Origin: Camelus ferus
Lineage: Eukaryota
Assembly (NCBI RefSeq): GCF_009834535.1
Contig: NC_045708.1
Span: 62,001-126,000, forward strand
Direction of reading: 5' to 3'
DNA length: 64,000 nucleotides
The notes below the pieces were generated by a model. It worked only from the letters and a program-made list of their open reading frames with translations, ran no database searches and had not been told where the DNA came from. How positions within the stretch are numbered: the first letter of the stretch is position 1; each line of letters begins with the position of its first letter. This document shows positions 25,748 to 37,000 of the stretch, one piece after another. A program made the position numbers and the translations under genes.

Positions 25748-26010
25748 GGCTGCCGGACCACAGCGTGCGCTCCACTTCCGGCCCCATCAGGCCGTGCGCT
25801 AGGCGCACTTCCTGCAGACCGGTCCCGCCCCTGGCCCCGCCCCGCCGCGCCCCGCCGGGTGGCTTTACGGTTCTTCCATCATAGCTGCGGCGGCATCCAG
25901 GCGGGAGGGCGCGTTCAAAGCTCTCGTTAAGCGAGAGGCGCTGGGGCTCCCAGGGTGGCACGCGGGATGCGAGCCCCTGGAACGGGCCTGGTTCAGTCAC
26001 GGGTCCCGCA
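25440..26010 (-). promoter_or_regulatory. CpG-island promoter of NOC2L with tandem ETS/GABP sites
   Basis: acttccgg at 25774-25781 and cacttcctg near 25806-25814 lie just upstream of the ATG; no TATA box seen. Confidence 0.8.
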
Positions 26011-26239
26011 CGCTTCCGCTGAAGGACAGGCTGCAGAGCTCGAGAACATGGCAGGACTGGGTAGGGCGGAATTCTGCTGTGCTGCTCACAAATCTGTGAC
26101 CTTCTCCAAAAAAAGACACTAATAACGACACCAGCCTGGGGGAAGGTGGGGCTGGGGGCCCCAGGGCTCTGTGGACACGTGCCTGTGAGGATATCAATGC
26201 GTCAACCACGGAAAGAATGCATGAGGGGAAAACAGGCTC

Positions 26240-26520
26240 TGCTATACAAAGAGCTCTTACAAATCAATAATAAAAAGCCAACGATCTAGTAGAAAAAGCA
26301 AACGAAAACAGAAGTAGCGACGCTATAGATGGGCAGATAAACGACATTCTGGTAAGAGTCAGACGCTGAGAGCTGCTTCCATTTCACTAGACAGTCCCAT
26401 AGCACCTGGGCTGGCAGCACTGCTCCTGAAGCCAGTTTGGCCAAATCTCCCTGAAAGAGGACGCTTGATAGATACTTAAGTCCAGCGAGTCCTGTGCTGG
26501 GAACTCATCTACGAACACCT
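26240..26520 (+). mobile_element. Old L1M 3'-region remnant between the NOC2L and KLHL17 promoters
   Basis: ctatacaaagagctcttacaaatcaataataaaaagccaacgatctagtagaaaaagc resembles the L1 tract tataaagaactcttacaaatcaataagaaaaagacaaacaacccaatagaaaaatggg; A-rich gap between two CpG islands. Confidence 0.65.
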
Positions 26521-26689
26521 CTGCCTAAGTCCCCAGGCAGGCCCAGGGACAGGGACAGCCACTTTTTCTCTGCCCTGTCTGTGGAACAAAGGGCAGGTGT
26601 AAAGGCCCAGAGGCTGGAAGGCTGCCTTGGGGAAGCAAGGAGATGGAGACGCCAACCCATGCCCTCCCCTCCCCCTTCTCGCCTACTGG

Positions 26690-27620
26690 CCGGGGTCGGC
26701 CAGATCCCAAGACAGAGGGTCCCATAGCCCTCAGGGCATGCGCCCCACCCACTCCCGCTCCACAGCCAGCGTCCAGATCAAGGCCAGAGGGGCAAAGGGG
26801 CCTGCGTGGGATCACAGGGAGGCCGGCAGACGGGCCCGGGGCTGGCTCAGGCCCCACGGCATCACTTGGGGCCTTTCGGCCTCCAGGAGATGCGGGACCC
26901 TAGGGGAGGGGAGGGGAGACATCTGGCACGAGTTGACGTGGGTGGAAGGTCCGGGAGGCTTCTTGAAGATAGACGGCGGGTGGGCCCCGGGGGGCTTCCT
27001 GGAGGAGGAGGCGGACCGAGCGCCGAGAAACATTGGAAGGATTCCTGCGCTACGCAGCGTCCCCGAAGCCGCAGGGGAGCGCGGGAGGAGAGACGGGCGG
27101 CGCCGAGAAACAGCGGCTGCTGGCTAGCGGCGGGAGAGAGGGACTCCGAGCCGGCCGCCACCGCCGAGCAGGCCTCCAGCCGTCCGGCTTCTGTTCCTCT
27201 GTGCGTCCTCCGCGGATCGGCGGCGGGCCGGCGGCCGAGCCCATGCAGCCGCGCAGCGAGCGCCCAGCCGGCAGGACGCAAAGTCCGGAGCACGGCAGTC
27301 CGGGGCCCGCGCCTGAGGCGCCGCCGCCGCCGCCGCCGCCGCAGCCGCCAGCGTGAGTGGGCCGGGGGTGCTGAGGGCCGCGACTGACCGGGGCCCGGGG
27401 GGAGGGAGGGGGCGGGGCGCCGACCCTGGCAGGCTGCCCGGAGGGGGCGACCTCGCGCCCCTCAGGCTCGGTCTGCCCGCGGAGGGTCCAGCCCACCTCC
27501 GTGTCCGTGCACACAGCGGGCGCGGGGCAGGGCGTCCCGAGGTGGCTCTTCCCGGAGGCTCCGTCCTCTCCCGCCGCCCTTGAATTACGGCCGCGCCGCT
27601 CAAAGACTTGGGCGGCATGT
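26690..27620 (+). promoter_or_regulatory. CpG-island promoter and first exon of KLHL17, divergent from NOC2L
   Basis: Very high CpG density around the KLHL17 ATG at 27243. Confidence 0.8.
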
Positions 27621-30600
27621 CTGCATGATGGGGCGGGGAAGTCAAGAGAGGTCACACCTGCTGTCGGTGTGGCGGTCCGCCTCAGAGCCACCGGACAGTA
27701 TGGACCAGTTCACTTCGTTCACTTGCTTGTACGTATGCCCAGCCCGTGTCGAGGACAGCGGACAGCGGGGTAGCACGGGAAGGGTGGCTAGCGATGGACA
27801 GACAGCCCAGTCCCGAGCAGGGCCTAGAGAGGCTGTTTCTTACTGAGGCGCCTGGGCAGAGGGGAGTGTGGTGCCTGAGGAGGGGTCGTGGCAGAGGAAG
27901 CTGTACAGATTCAACAGTCGGATCCTGTGTAGGATCCGACCTCACGCGGGGAGCAGGTGGGGAGCAAAGTCTCGTTGGACTCCGAGGAGGTTCCCTGGAC
28001 GTGAGGGAGCAGAGCCGGGTGGAGCCTGCAGCAGGGGAGGTCCAGCAAGGGCACTGGTCCTTGACGGAAGCCTGGTATGGGCTGCTGGGCGGAAGGTGGC
28101 TTCCGGGGTACCTGGCCCTGCCCAGGGTCTCAGGGGTGAGTGAGCAGCTCCCTGCGGAGTACACCCTGACCTGGCACTGCCCGTCTACAGCCCCGAGGCA
28201 GAGCGTGCCCGTCCCCGGCAGCCTCGGCCCACAGCCCCCATGGAGGGTGCGATGCAGCTGCTGAGCCGCGAGGGCCACACTGTATCCCACAACTCCAAGC
28301 GGCACTACCACGATGCCTTCGTGGCCATGAGCCGCATGCGGCAGCGGGGCCTCCTGTGTGACATCGTCCTGCACGTGGCCGCCAAGGAGATCCGGGCACA
28401 CAAGGTGGTGCTGGCCTCCTGCAGCCCTTACTTCCACGCCATGTTCACAAGCAAGTACCGCCCCACCAGGTCTGGGCATTTGGGGGACTCTGCACTTTTC
28501 CGGGGTGGGGACCAGCCTGACCCGCTGTCCCCACAGATGAGATGAGTGAGAGCCGACAGACGCACGTGACACTGCATGACATCGACCCTCAGGCCTTGGA
28601 CCAGCTGGTGCAGTTTGCTTACACGGCTGAGATCGTGGTGGGCGAAGGCAATGTGCAGGTGAGGCTGCCCCCAACTCATGTCTCACACCTCCACCGTACC
28701 TTGTGCCTCTGCTCTCCCCACACCCCCAGCATCCCTTCACTCCCTCACATCCCATTTCTCTATCCCTGCTCCCTGGCCCTCTCTCTCACCTTGTCCCACA
28801 GACTCTGCTTCCGGCCGCCAGCCTCCTGCAGCTGAATGGCGTCCGTGACGCCTGCTGCAAGTTCCTGCTGAGTCAGCTCGACCCTTCCAACTGTCTGGGC
28901 ATCCGGGGCTTCGCCGACACACACTCGTGCAGCGACCTGCTCAAGGCGGCACACAGGTACGTGCTGCAGCACTTCGTGGACGTGGCCAAGACCGAGGAGT
29001 TCATGCTGTTGCCGCTGAAGCAGGTAACGTACCAGCTGGGGCACAGCCTGGACCCTGACCCAATCTCTGGACCCCAGAACCAGCCCTGGTCCCCTGGCCC
29101 CTATCACCTGGGCTCTTAAGACCTAGTCCTTTGTCCCTCAACCTTTATCCCCAGACTCTGATGTAAGTTCCAGCCCCACCGCCCATCCCCTGTGCACCCC
29201 TCCCCACACCATGCCCATTTTCTAACCCCACCCAAGCCTTCACTTTCATCCCTGACTCCATCCTGTCCTGATCATATGCCTGCCTACAACCCCCACTCCC
29301 TGGTTCCATGTCCCCAGGATTGCCTTGGGACTAGGCCTCCAAGAACTGGATCTGTGGCTCCTGACCCTGTTTGGCCCCTCCTCATAGGAACACTGGGCCC
29401 CCGTTGGACTCTCCCTCCCAGGCACCTTCAGGGCTCCATGGGCCCCCAAGACCCTCCCCAGATCTCAGGTCTGAGGGTCCCCACCCCCAGGTGCTGGAAC
29501 TGGTCTCTAGCGACAGTCTGAACGTGCCTTCAGAGGAGGATGTCTACCGTGCCGTCCTAAGCTGGGTCAAGCACGATGTGGATGCCCGGAGGCAGCACGT
29601 CCCTCGGGTGAGGCCAGGCCCTGGAGGGCCCGATGGTGCTTGGGAGGGAGCGCGGTGCCTGGCCTCTTCAGTATCTAGAGACACCGCAGGGGTGATGCAA
29701 GCACGTGTCCCGAGGAAGATCTAGGGTGTCTGAGGGGATCTTAGGGCTGGAGCCTGCTGCCTGACTGTTGCGTCCACACCCCAGCTGATGAAGTGTGTAC
29801 GCCTGCCCCTGCTGAGCCGGGACTTCCTGCTGGGCCACGTGGACGCCGAGAGCCTGGTGCGGCACCACCCGGACTGCAAGGACCTGCTCATCGAGGCTCT
29901 CAAGTTCCACCTGTTGCCCGAGCAGAGGGGCGTCCTGGGCACCAGCCGCACCCGGCCCCGGCGCTGTGAGGGTGCCGGCCCTGTGCTATTTGCCGTGGGT
30001 ACGCCCACCTGTCCTGTTCTGTCTCACCGTCCCCTCTATCCCTGCCCCACGTCCTCTACCCAGGAGCCCCGCACAAGCCCACCCCACCCTGTGCCGGTTA
30101 CATCCTGCACTCACACCATTCCCTGTGGTATGACCCACTCACCAATCGCCGTCCTCACCTACCCTTGGAGCCCCCAGACCCTTGACCTCAAGGTGTGCTA
30201 GTGCCCCCTAGCCCACGGCCTCCATGGGCCCTCGTCCTGCCCCGTCACACGCCCCTCCCTAGGTGGTGGGAGCCTATTCGCCATCCACGGGGACTGTGAA
30301 GCATACGACACGCGCACAGACCGGTGGCATGTGGTGGCCTCCATGTCGACACGCCGGGCCCGGGTGGGTGTGGCCGCAGTCGGGAACCGGCTGTACGCCG
30401 TGGGCGGGTAAGAGTGGAGGCTGGTCTCGGGTCAGGGGCTTGGTGTGGACCCACTGAGCCAGCCCTGACCAGCAGTGGACCCTTCCCCTAGTTATGATGG
30501 GACTTCAGACCTGGCCACCGTAGAGTCCTATGACCCTGTGACCAACACTTGGCAGCCTGAGGTGTCCATGGGCACGAGGCGCAGCTGCCTGGGTGTGGCT

Positions 30601-32118
30601 TCCCTGCACGGACTCCTATATGCAGCAGGTGGCTACGATGGGGCCTCTTGCCTCAACAGGTAGTAGCCGGGGTCAGGGCTGGGTGGCCTTTCAGGGTTGG
30701 CTCAGCAGGTGTGGCTGCATCAGGACTGCAGAGGTCCTGCCTGAGTCAAGTCACCAAGGTCCCCTATGCCTCTTCACCTGTGCCACCCCAGCGGCCCCTT
30801 TCCTCTTGGGTCCTTCGCAGCAGGGCAGGGGCTGGGCCCGGGGGGACCCTCGTCCAACATCATGCAGGCAGCCCATGGCCCGTGCCTACCCAGCAGGCAC
30901 CGCTTCCTGCTCCAGTGGGACTCTGGAGTTGGTCTCACTGACAGCCTAGCACAGAATTTTAGTTGTTCCTCAGGGGAGGGCAGGTCTTGGGGCCAGGACA
31001 GCCTTTCTGCCACTGCTCAAGGTCAGCGGCGGTCCTGGTGTCTGCAGTGCCGAGCGCTACGACCCCCTGACGGGAACATGGACTTCCATTGCCGCCATGA
31101 GCACCCGGAGGCGATATGTGCGCGTGGCCATGCTTGGTGGGTGACTGCTTCGCGTAGCGCCCAGCCCAGGGGCCCCGCACACAGCGCAGGTGCACCATGG
31201 GTGCATTGGCTCCTTGCAGATGGGAACCTGTATGCGGTGGGCGGTTACGACAGCTCTTCACACCTGGCTACCGTGGAGAAGTATGAGCCCCAGGTGTGAA
31301 ACGCCTCAATCACATATCCCCGTTCCCCAGAGCAGCTTGAGGTCATCACTCTCTGGCCACCCCCATCCCCTAGTTGGTCACACTCTGTCCTATGTCCACT
31401 CTGTCCCACAGACATCCCGCCCTAGAGTAGAGGTCTGCACGTGGATGTGGAGGGAGGCTGGTAGTGAGTCTGCCTCCAGCCCGTGTCCCTCCCCGCAGGT
31501 GAACTCATGGACACCGGTAGCCTCCATGCTGAGCCGGCGCAGCTCTGCCGGCGTGGCGGTGCTGGAGGGGGCCCTCTACGTGGCTGGCGGCAATGACGGC
31601 ACCAGCTGCCTCAACTCTGTGGAGAGATACAGCCCCAAGGCGGGCGCCTGGGAGAGTGTGGCCCCCATGAACATCCGAAGGTGCGTCACCACCACAGCGA
31701 TGTGCATGGCCCACACGAACAGATGTGGCCCACAGACCCCTGCACAGCGTGCCCCCACCTCCTTCCATGTCTCCCCTCCTTCCATGTCTCCCCCTCCAGC
31801 GCCCCGCCCCTGGGGCTCCACTTCAGGCCCCGCCCCCTCCCTCTCCCCCAGCCTCACCCCCAACCCCACCCCGTCCGCCCTGCCCCCAGGAGCACGCACG
31901 ACCTGGTGGCCATGGACGGCTGGCTTTACGCCGTGGGGGGCAACGACGGTAGTTCCAGCCTCAACTCCATCGAGAAGTACAACCCGAGGACCAATAAGTG
32001 GGTGGCCGCGTCCTGCATGTTCACGCGGCGCAGCAGCGTGGGCGTGGCGGTGCTCGAGCTACTCAACTTCCCGCCGCCCTCTTCGCCCACGCTGTCTGTG
32101 TCATCCACCAGCCTCTGA
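27243..32118 (+). CDS. KLHL17: Kelch-like protein 17 (actinfilin; BTB-BACK-6 Kelch), 643 aa
   Basis: 12 exons: 27243-27352, 28191-28450, 28537-28658, 28802-29023, 29491-29607, 29785-29998, 30263-30407, 30492-30659, 31048-31136, 31220-31293, 31499-31680, 31890-32118. Sum 1932 nt; intron 2 is [22 protein letters not shown] start, [31 protein letters not shown], Kelch YAVGGYDG repeats, end [15 protein letters not shown]. Confidence 0.98.
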
Positions 32119-32758
32119 CCCGAGGCGCTGCTGCACAGAGGTCCGACCACGGCCTCCCACGTGCCTTAAGCACCCCCTACCCCCTCAGGGCCCAGCGCCT
32201 CCCTCCCCTGCGTGTGGGAAGGGGCTCGGCCCCCAGGAGAGGCACCTCACATCCCACGCAGGCTGTCCAGGCTCTGCGTCGAGGCCTCCCGTGTCTCTGT
32301 TCCTTCCTCAGTGTTTGTGTGTGAGGTCTATTTATTTACTCGTTTATTTATTGATTGATGGTGAGCAGGCTGCAGCTACCAGTTTATACGTTTCCTCTTG
32401 AAGTGTTCTCTCTCTGGGACCAAGCTACCCTCCCAAGTGTCCTACCTGCTGGGAGCACTAGGGAGCAACAGGGTGGACACTGGCATTGCCCGTCAGTAAG
32501 GGGCCAACTTGGACTCTGCAGACCTGGAAGGACAGAGGGGTGATGCAGAGCAGTAATTGGGGGGGCTTTCTGAGCAGGTGCGGACCCCCTAGCCTGTGCT
32601 TTGCAGACCACCTCCGCCTCACCCGGCCAGGCACGTTCCCAGGGAGGGCACGAATTGGGCTTCCTTCCCCGGGCCGTGGTGTCTTTTCTCCATCCTGCAC
32701 TGAGCTGGGCACACGGCCACCGCCGCAGACCCCACACAGCAATATGAGCCACTTGTAC

Positions 32759-32764
32759 AATAAA
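32759..32764 (+). terminator. KLHL17 polyadenylation signal AATAAA
   Basis: Canonical hexamer 640 nt after the stop, followed by a T/G-rich stretch. Confidence 0.75.
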
Positions 32765-33663
32765 CATGTTTCTTGGGCTCTGTGGGCCTGTGGCTGAACG
32801 TCCATCTCTGCCCTTCAGTGTCCTGTCTGGTGTGACCGGGAGGGCCCAGGGCAGCTGTGCGGCTGGGCTGAGGCACTGTGTTGGCACCAGGGGGCTTTGA
32901 GACGGCACCATCCCATCCAGTGGGGCAGGGCTGCGTGTCCCAGACAAGCACCCGACTGTGAGTGTGGTGTGCTGTCAGCCTGATCCTGAGAGGCCCCGTG
33001 GCCTGTGTCACCTCAGACTGCACAGCATCCCCCTTGACCTAACCATGGTGGTCCCAGGTACACCTGGGAGGGTCATGGCCTCCTTCCTGGGTTCTGGTTA
33101 AACCTCGGGGACCCTGACCTTGACCTGGGGGTGAGGGTTGGGCTGAGGCAGAAAAAGCTGCAGGAGGGTCCTGGCTTCCCCTTCCCGTGTTGCAAACTCC
33201 TACTTGGGCAGCTGAGAGCAAGCATACGTCCCCTTCCAGTCACTGGTGACTCAGAGACTGGCATTTAGGTGGAAACAGGATGTGTGCTCACGTGAGGGGG
33301 TGTCTGAAAGGGGAGTCCCTGGGCTCACAGGGCTCCAGCTGTAGGGACACTCAGCCTGATGCAGCTACAAACCATGCCTTTGAGTCTCTCCTGTACAGAC
33401 TGGGGGCCCTTCACGGGGCCTTTCCTCTCCCCCCTCCACCGTCCAGGCTGGCTGGCAGATGTGGAGGACCCTGGGCAGAGAACTGAAAGGCTCAGACTCA
33501 GGAAGGGGCTAGATCCCTCCCAGAAAGGCTCCGCCCTCCCCAGCCCTTGGGTGCAGGGCAAGCCAGCCTGGAGCCCCGCCCCGGGAGGTGGGGCAGGAGA
33601 CTTGGGACCGAGGGACCCAGACCTGTCGACCTGCCCTACTCAGGCTAGTCACCACTGCTGCCC

Positions 33664-33997
33664 ATGGGGAACAGCCACTGCATCCCTCAGGCCCCTAGGA
33701 GGCTCCGGGCCTCCTTTTCCAGAAAGCCCTCGCTGAAGAGAAATAGGTGAGGAGGGCAGGGTCCAGCCATGGCCACTCGGTCACAGGGTCTCCCTCAACC
33801 TGCCTCAGGGACCAGGCTGTGAGCCCCCACTTCCCTTGTCCCCAGAGAGGATGGTGTGCGGAAGCTGGCTGGCCTGTTTGGCACCGAGGCCAGCCCCGAC
33901 GGGGACACCACCACCGACAAGATCTTCTGCTACATCCCCGGGACGGTGAGCGGCAGGGCGGGGTCGCGTGCCCGGCTCAGGGGGTGTGGCAGTGGTG

Positions 33998-34045
<48 letters not shown>

Positions 34046-37000
34046 TGTTAGCTCGGCACGGGGTCTTCCCTGTTGGCCCCAGGAGTCAGTCCAGTGCACA
34101 GTAAGGAAGTAGGGACAGCCCTGCCCTGGGGAGCTCATCGGCCGAAAGTCTGAGCAGACTGAAACTGAGACCTGGGACTGAGTCAGTGGGATGAGCGCCG
34201 GCCAGTTGGGGCGGGGCCACCGTGCAGAGCCCTGCCTGTGGGCCCTGGTGTCCGCCCCCGCCTGGGGCCTGGTGTGGGACCGCGAGTCCGGGCACACTGG
34301 GGCTGGACAAGCACGTGTATCCATATTGCTGCTGCGTGGGGACGGGTGGTGCTGGTGACGAGTGGCTGGGAATGCCGCGCTGTCACTCAGAGGGTAAGGG
34401 GCTTCCGGTGGACAGTGAGCCAGCTTCTCACCAACTTTCGGCCCCAGTTTCTCCAAGGGGGTGGCTCCTCAGCGTCCATCGCTGCTTCATCCCATGGCAG
34501 CCCCTGTGCCACACAGCAAGGACATGGCTCCCAAGCACATGCTGGCCACCTCTGAGTGCAACAACACCCCCACCCACCTGCCCAGCTCCTGTGGGGCAGA
34601 CGGCTAGCCCAGGGGAGAGACACCCTGCCTTTAACCCAGCACGGCTGACAAGGGTTGGGGGAGGCTCTGCTATACGTGGGGTGTGAGGGAGATAATCGCC
34701 CGGTTTCCCACCCCAGGAACAATGTCTGTGACTGTACCAGGAGCACTGCCCTGCACTCCTTGGTCCTCACAGCAGCTGCTGCGGGCTCCAGGGCTACCTT
34801 TCCAAAGGTTCCCGTCAGGCTGGGAAGCTGGGGTCTGCCCCTTCCTCCACTTCCTGAGGTCCCAGGGGTCCCTGCGGCCAAGTGCTGGCTGCAGAAACCA
34901 GGTTGCCTCAGAGAAGTGACCAGGGTACTTCTGTCAAGGCCTGGCCCAGGTCCCTCACATGGCCACATCTCAGACCTCAACTCCCTCTGTCCAGGCCCAG
35001 GACACATAGTGTGGTGCTGCTGGTCCTCCCTTGCCAGGACTTGGTGGCTGCAGAGGGGACTGGGCATGTTGAACCCCGGGAGGCGGGGCTGGGGGAGGAG
35101 CCAGCTCCCCTCGAGCCTCGCCCTGCAGTGGGTTCTGCAGCCACACGTGAGCCAGCCTTGCCACAGGCCCAAGGCTGAGCCCAGCTGTGTGGCCCTTCTT
35201 GCTCCACGGCCTATTTTCACGGGTCTTCTCCAGCATGGTTCCCCAAACTGGGTGTGGGTGCAGGAGGCCCCACCCAGAGGCAGGGAGGCCGGGAAGCTGA
35301 GTCTGTCTGTTCACATTCCTAGGCTTGCCCAGGGGGTGGCCCAGCTTGGCCAGGGCACAGTAGCCCCTGCCAGCTCCCCAGTTCCCCCTGAGCCCCAGAC
35401 CTCGGCCCCTCTAGCCCCAGTTCGGCACCCGTCCCTGTCTGACTCCTGTTCTGATGATCCAGCCCCTGTTTATAGAGGATTCTCTGTGTGCCGGGATCAG
35501 CTGGTGGTGGGCACTGACCCTCCTTCCCTTCAGCAGGCGGGCACTGAACCTCCAGCACATCCCAGGCCTGCCCTGGCCCCTGGGAATACAGTGGTGGGCA
35601 AGACAGACACGGGCCCTGTTGTTATATCGCCCCCACCCCGTGACAGAGCCAGGTGACAAGCAAATAAATGAAACACACAGTGAGTCAGATTGTAGCTGGT
35701 GCTGAGGAGAAGTGCAAAGGAGGAGCAGTGGGCAGGGGTCAGTGAAGGCTGGACTGTTAGAAGGGCGCCAACAGGACCTCACAGAGAAGATGAGTCTGAG
35801 CCCAGTGCTGGCCGGGGTAAAAAGCTGCTAGGCTGAGTGGTCCAGGCAGAGGGGGCAGCAAGTGTGAAGCCAGAGACCGGCGTGCGCCTGACGTGAGGGA
35901 AGAGGCCCCCTCGGCCAGTGCCGGGACCTTCACCTGCCTCCACTGCCGGGGAGATTGTAGGCGACTGGAGCCACGCAGTAGTGCTGGTCGTGCACTGGAA
36001 ACGGGCAGTGACGCGAGTCCTCACACCAGGGAAATCGGCAAACACTACACATCAGCCCCCATTTCTGGTAGAACTGAGTTTTAAACCTTTGCCAGCGATG
36101 CTGGAGGTGTGGGAGGGTTTGGAGAGTCATCTCACCCGGACACCCGAATCCCCCTCTGACTAGTGAGTCTCGGAAGGCTGAAAAAGCAAAATAAGGGAAC
36201 ACAGCTTAGGAAGTAGTGAGGCTGACAAATCTCCGTTGAGTCCAAACTTCACTGACTCCACCACTAGACCATGGAATGGAATTCTGTGATTCTGTGACTA
36301 GCAGGAGGCTCTGCGTGGGTGTGTGTGTCTTCTGCACTCTTTTCACTTGAAGAAACATGTGCATGTACAGGGTTTTGTACATACATGTGATGGTGTGTGT
36401 GTGTTCTTGACCTATGTGTTGTGTGACTGGACTGGGGCGGCTGGCCCCAGGTCAGGCCTCCTCCCCTGAGTTCTGCCCCAACCCCAGAACATCCCGGGCC
36501 TGGAGAGCCAGAGAGAAAACCTGGAACAGCCGTTCCTGAGTGTGTTCAAGGCGGGGCGACGGAGGGCAGCCGTAAGGAGCCTGGGCAAGGTTGTGCACTA
36601 CGCCAAGGTCCAGCTGCGTTTCCAGCACAGCCAGGTGGGGGCCGGGCCAGGAGGGGCATGCTTGGGGACCACCCTGGGGCCTGCCCCCACCCGCCCTCAC
36701 ACCCTGGCCCTGCTCTCCCCTAGGACATCAGCGACTGCTACCTGGAGCTGTTCCCCTCCCACCTCTACTTCCAGGCCCATGGTTCCGAGGGACTCACTTT
36801 CCAGGTGAGGGGAAGTGGGCGGAGGGAGGAGCTGAGGAGAGGCAGGTGGCCCGGTCCTGCTGGGGGCCCCTAGCCCTTCCCTCCCGCTGTGCTCTGGCAG
36901 GGGCTGCTACCACTGATGGAGCTGAGCGTCTGCCCACTGGAGGGGTCCAGAGAGCATGCCTTTCAGATCACAGGTGCGCAGAGTGGTGCTGCCTGTGCTG

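Noticed and set aside
27682-28755. 357-aa minus-strand ORF
   Set aside because: Antisense shadow of KLHL17 exons 2-3 in GC-rich DNA; no recognisable domain.
31190-32401. 403-aa plus-strand ORF
   Set aside because: Crosses KLHL17 introns and drifts between frames; explained by exons 10-12 and a low stop-codon frequency.
34655-35656. 333-aa plus-strand ORF in PLEKHN1 intron 2
   Set aside because: Pro/Gly/Leu-rich composition, no domain, partly over probable L2 debris; expected by chance at this GC content.
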